64,000 bases of DNA from Felis catus (Eukaryota): assembly GCF_018350175.1 (NCBI RefSeq), contig NC_058377.1:61132001-61196000 (forward strand), read 5' to 3'. The translations under genes were made by a program, and so were the position numbers. The notes beneath the pieces are model-generated. The model saw only the letters and a program-made list of their open reading frames with translations, made no database searches and had not been told where the DNA came from. The first letter of the stretch is position 1. Every line of letters starts with the position of its first letter. Positions 60,853-64,000 of the stretch are shown piece after piece.

Positions 60853-61797
60853 TCAGTTTCTATGACAGCGGAGGATCCGTAGTACCCGCTCCCGCATTTG
60901 CTTAGTCCGGGCTCCATAAATCAAGGGGTTGGCCATGGGAGGCACTAGGAAGTAGAGGTTGTCAATGATAATCTGGATATAGGGAGCCATATGGTAGCCT
61001 AAAATCTGGGCCAGGACAGAGAAGACAACAGGAGAATAAAAGAGAGCTATGACACAAAGATGGGAGCCACATGTACTGAGAGCTTTGCCCCCTGCCTCCC
61101 AAGAGGGGATCCGAAAGACAGCATGAAGGATCAGCCCATAGGACAGAATGATAAAAAGCAAATCAAATCCCACAGATGTTACAATAACCATGAGGCCATA
61201 GACAATGTGGTTGGAGATGTCCCCACAGGCTATCTGTACCACAGCCATGTAGGCACAGTAGGAGTAAGAGATGATGTGGGTTTGGAAGCTTTCCAGTCTT
61301 TTTGCCAGGATGGGTGCTGGAGTCAGCACTGCCACCGCCCTTGTCAGGACAGCCAGAGCCATCTTCACAAGTATGTTGTTAGCAAGGATGGTTGTATATC
61401 TCAGAGGGTACCAGATAGCCACAAATCTGTCAAAAGCCATGGCTAGGAGGATCCCAGACTCCATGACATAAAATGAAGGGATGAAAAACATCTGTGCGAG
61501 GCAGGCATTAAAGCTGATGTCTTTGGCATTCATCCAGAAGATCCCTAGCATGCGGGGCACAGTGACACTGACCAGGGACAGGTCAACAACAGACAGCATG
61601 GCCAGGAGGAGAAACATGGGCTCATGAAGACTCTTCTCCACCCAGATGATGCATAAGATGGCGGCATTCCCAATCATTGTAATGACAAATACCAAGAAAA
61701 AAGGCACAGAGAACCAGCCATGGGAAGATTCCAAGCCAGGAATTCCAGCCAGGACAAATGTCAAGGGTTGAGGAATGGAGTTGTTGCAAGAGGACAT
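60853..61797 (-). CDS. Divergent class I olfactory receptor, OR52 family, intact (314 aa); from memory resembles mouse Or52ad1/Olfr600 (unverified)
   Basis: Motifs GIPGLE, GN, LHEPMFLLL, MAFDRFVAIWYPLRY, KALSTCGSH, PPMANPLIYGART; sequon NNS. Confidence 0.93.
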   Translation of the reverse strand: MSSCNNSIPQPLTFVLAGIPGLESSHGWFSVPFFLVFVITMIGNAAILCIIWVEKSLHEPMFLLLAMLSVVDLSLVSVTVPRMLGIFWMNAKDISFNACLAQMFFIPSFYVMESGILLAMAFDRFVAIWYPLRYTTILANNILVKMALAVLTRAVAVLTPAPILAKRLESFQTHIISYSYCAYMAVVQIACGDISNHIVYGLMVIVTSVGFDLLFIILSYGLILHAVFRIPSWEAGGKALSTCGSHLCVIALFYSPVVFSVLAQILGYHMAPYIQIIIDNLYFLVPPMANPLIYGARTKQMRERVLRILRCHRN

Positions 61798-62229
61798 CCC
61801 TAATCTGAACTCCTAACAGTCTGATTCCTAGGGAGAAAGAAACAAGGGACATTTTGAAATCACAGCATCATTTGCACCTAAAATGCTGGATATTCCAGTA
61901 GCTTATGGTGATAATCATAATTATACTGCATAAACTAATGATCAAAAGCTTCAGTTACTTAAGGTGTGGAGGGAGATAATCCTAGGCTACTCTCACTGAA
62001 GAAGGGAGAAGCAGTCTCAGGTATAAATTTTAAATTTTGAAGAGCCCCCAATAAGAGTGGCATATCTGCTAACATACCACTGTAATGTTTATACATCATA
62101 AATTGAGATCTAAGTATTTCATGTGTCAACTGCATTTGCCAAAAAGCACACGATAGCCACAGGATAGTCAGACCTCCTCGAAGGTAACTTGGAATAGTTA
62201 AAATAGCAAAGCCTTTGAGAAAACACATG

Positions 62230-62440
62230 TCTGGGATACAATCTCAGTCCTGCCACTTAAGTGACTTGATCAAGCTGTTTAAGACAAAGCCTCATTTCCT
62301 CATCTCAAAATTGGGATGAGGCTTACCTTTCAAAGCTTGAAGTGAGGATTAAATCCATGATTAAATATCAATATTGTATAAAACATGCAACGATCCTGGC
62401 ATAATTTTCTGAGTGTATTGATATTCTATACATGCAAATT
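62230..62440. mobile_element. MIR
   Basis: aatctcagtcctgccacttaagtgacttg...gcctcatttcctcatctcaaaattggg...gtgaggattaaat. Confidence 0.7.
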
Positions 62441-63692
62441 TTCTTCTTTTTCTAGAAGTACAAATTTTAAGTGAGATATGGAGAAAGTAATGTTCTTTTG
62501 GTTGTTTCTTGGAAAGAACTGTAACGAGGATAATGAATACTCTTTAATTGACACCATAAAAAGGAATATTTGATGGCCCTAAATAACTTTATCCTCAAAT
62601 ACTAAAGAGCAAAAAAAAAAAAAAATAGTGTCACCAGAAATAGATATCTGGCCAAATAAAGGATGTTAAAAAATTTTTAAAGGTGCATTTTAGTCCAATA
62701 GGGGGAATGATCCTATCACAAATTCAAATAGAAAAGACAGTCCTGTGACACCAGAAGCTCACTATCAATTGGAGTTTTCAGGTAGAAATTGAATTATGAA
62801 CCATGAAGAATAATGTAGATAAAATTTCTCCATGTGATGGGGACATTAGGACATTACAGAGTTTTAACAACATGGTAAAGTTCTGTCTGAGCAATCATGA
62901 ACAGTTGCCAGGAACAACTATATCAACATTAATCATAAGTAAAGACACCACCAATTTAGACATAAAAATTAGAAATATACTTATTTTCTGAAGAGTGTCA
63001 CTGGGTATCCTAAAGATTGTAGATTCCAACCATGGCCTTACAAGGGCTGGTGATGGTAGTATGTGGATTAAAAGAGAATCTCTTTTTCCCTCCATGACCT
63101 TGCATCCCAGGATTTTCTACTCTTTTCCCTCCTTTTCCTCTCTTTTCCTAGAGTAAGTAGTACCTGTAGATGGTTGTGAGTCTAGTCACAGTGGGACTGG
63201 GAGCAGCAAAGCATTCATTTACTGAAGGTATGGGGAAGATCTGCTGATGACCAGAATAAAAGGCAGATTTATGCTGTTTGTTCTGGTCCTTGGGGATCCC
63301 TACTGGCCTCTCTGTTGGCAAAGTGCCTTATTTAGCCTGGATATTCTGGAAAACAAATCCTAGAGCCAATCACTAAGGATACCACGTACGAATAAGAGCA
63401 GATATTAAGGAGCACTGTAAATCTAACTGTTGATAAGGTTTAGAAACCCTAGAGAGAAAGAGTAAGGGCTGGAGAATCATTTAGGATGGAAATTAAAGCA
63501 CACCTGGAGTAACAGAAGGCAGATGTGTGTGAAGCTATAAGCATTTTAAAATTGCTACAGCTTGCTTCCAAACCAATAGTTGAAATCATTTTCATTTCCA
63601 GTGACTTTGGGACCTCTATAAGCAAAACTTAAACTAAAATTAGGAGTCTTGATTTCCTAGATGCAATTAAAATCCACAAAAAGTTGGGAAAA

Positions 63693-64000
63693 AAAGGGGG
63701 ATTAAGAGCACACTTATCTTGATGAGCCCTGAGAAGTGTACAGAATTTTTTTTAAGTTTATTTATCAATTTTTGAGAGAGACACAGAGAGAGAGAGAGAG
63801 CCCAAGCAGGGGAGGGGTAGGGACAGAGGAGGGCAGAGGATCCAAAGTGGGTTCTTTGCTTATAGCAGAGAGCCTGATTTGGGGCTCAAACCCACTAATT
63901 ATGAGATCATGACCTGAGTTGAAGTCGGACGCTTAACAGACTGAGCCACCCAGGCGCTCCCAGAATTTCTGAATCATTATACTGTACACCAGAAACTAAT
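63693..64000 (+). mobile_element. Carnivore L1 3' fragment interrupted by a SINE
   Basis: gggggattaagagcacacttatcttgatgagccctgag...gaatcattatactgtacaccagaaactaat (same element type as 27452-27634). Confidence 0.75.
63748..63960 (-). mobile_element. CAN-SINE
   Basis: Reverse head gactgagccacccaggcgctcc; TSD cagaattt. Confidence 0.9.

Noticed and set aside
1-64000. CRISPR-like array or prokaryotic system
   Set aside because: Recurrent motifs are dispersed SINE copies and microsatellites; the sequence is mammalian

Overview
Mammalian genomic DNA, almost certainly a felid: it carries CAN-SINE/SINEC_Fc-type tRNA-derived SINEs and young L1_Fc-type LINEs. About ten short N-gaps, mostly inside repeats, suggest a short-read assembly. 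The window is part of the class I olfactory receptor cluster (OR52 family). It holds five intact single-coding-exon ORs (11401-12348 -, 22363-23307 -, 29749-30693 -, 49112-50062 +, 60853-61797 -) and one double-frameshifted OR pseudogene (36770-37719 +). These sit among nested L1, L2, MIR, MER20, ERVL/MaLR LTR elements and about 27 SINEs. Almost all other ORFs in the track are repeat-derived or antisense shadows. I see no new multi-gene system. The most interesting signals are in the receptors themselves: (1) an intact class I OR that has lost the carboxylate-binding pocket residues; (2) a His swap between ECL2 and TM4 across three neighbouring ORs; (3) a strong-Kozak uORF whose stop overlaps an OR start codon (TAATG); (4) L1 sequence within 10-20 nt of two OR stop codons. 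Repeat family names and OR subfamily resemblances are from memory of consensus sequences, not from database searches. Boundaries of old repeats are approximate.
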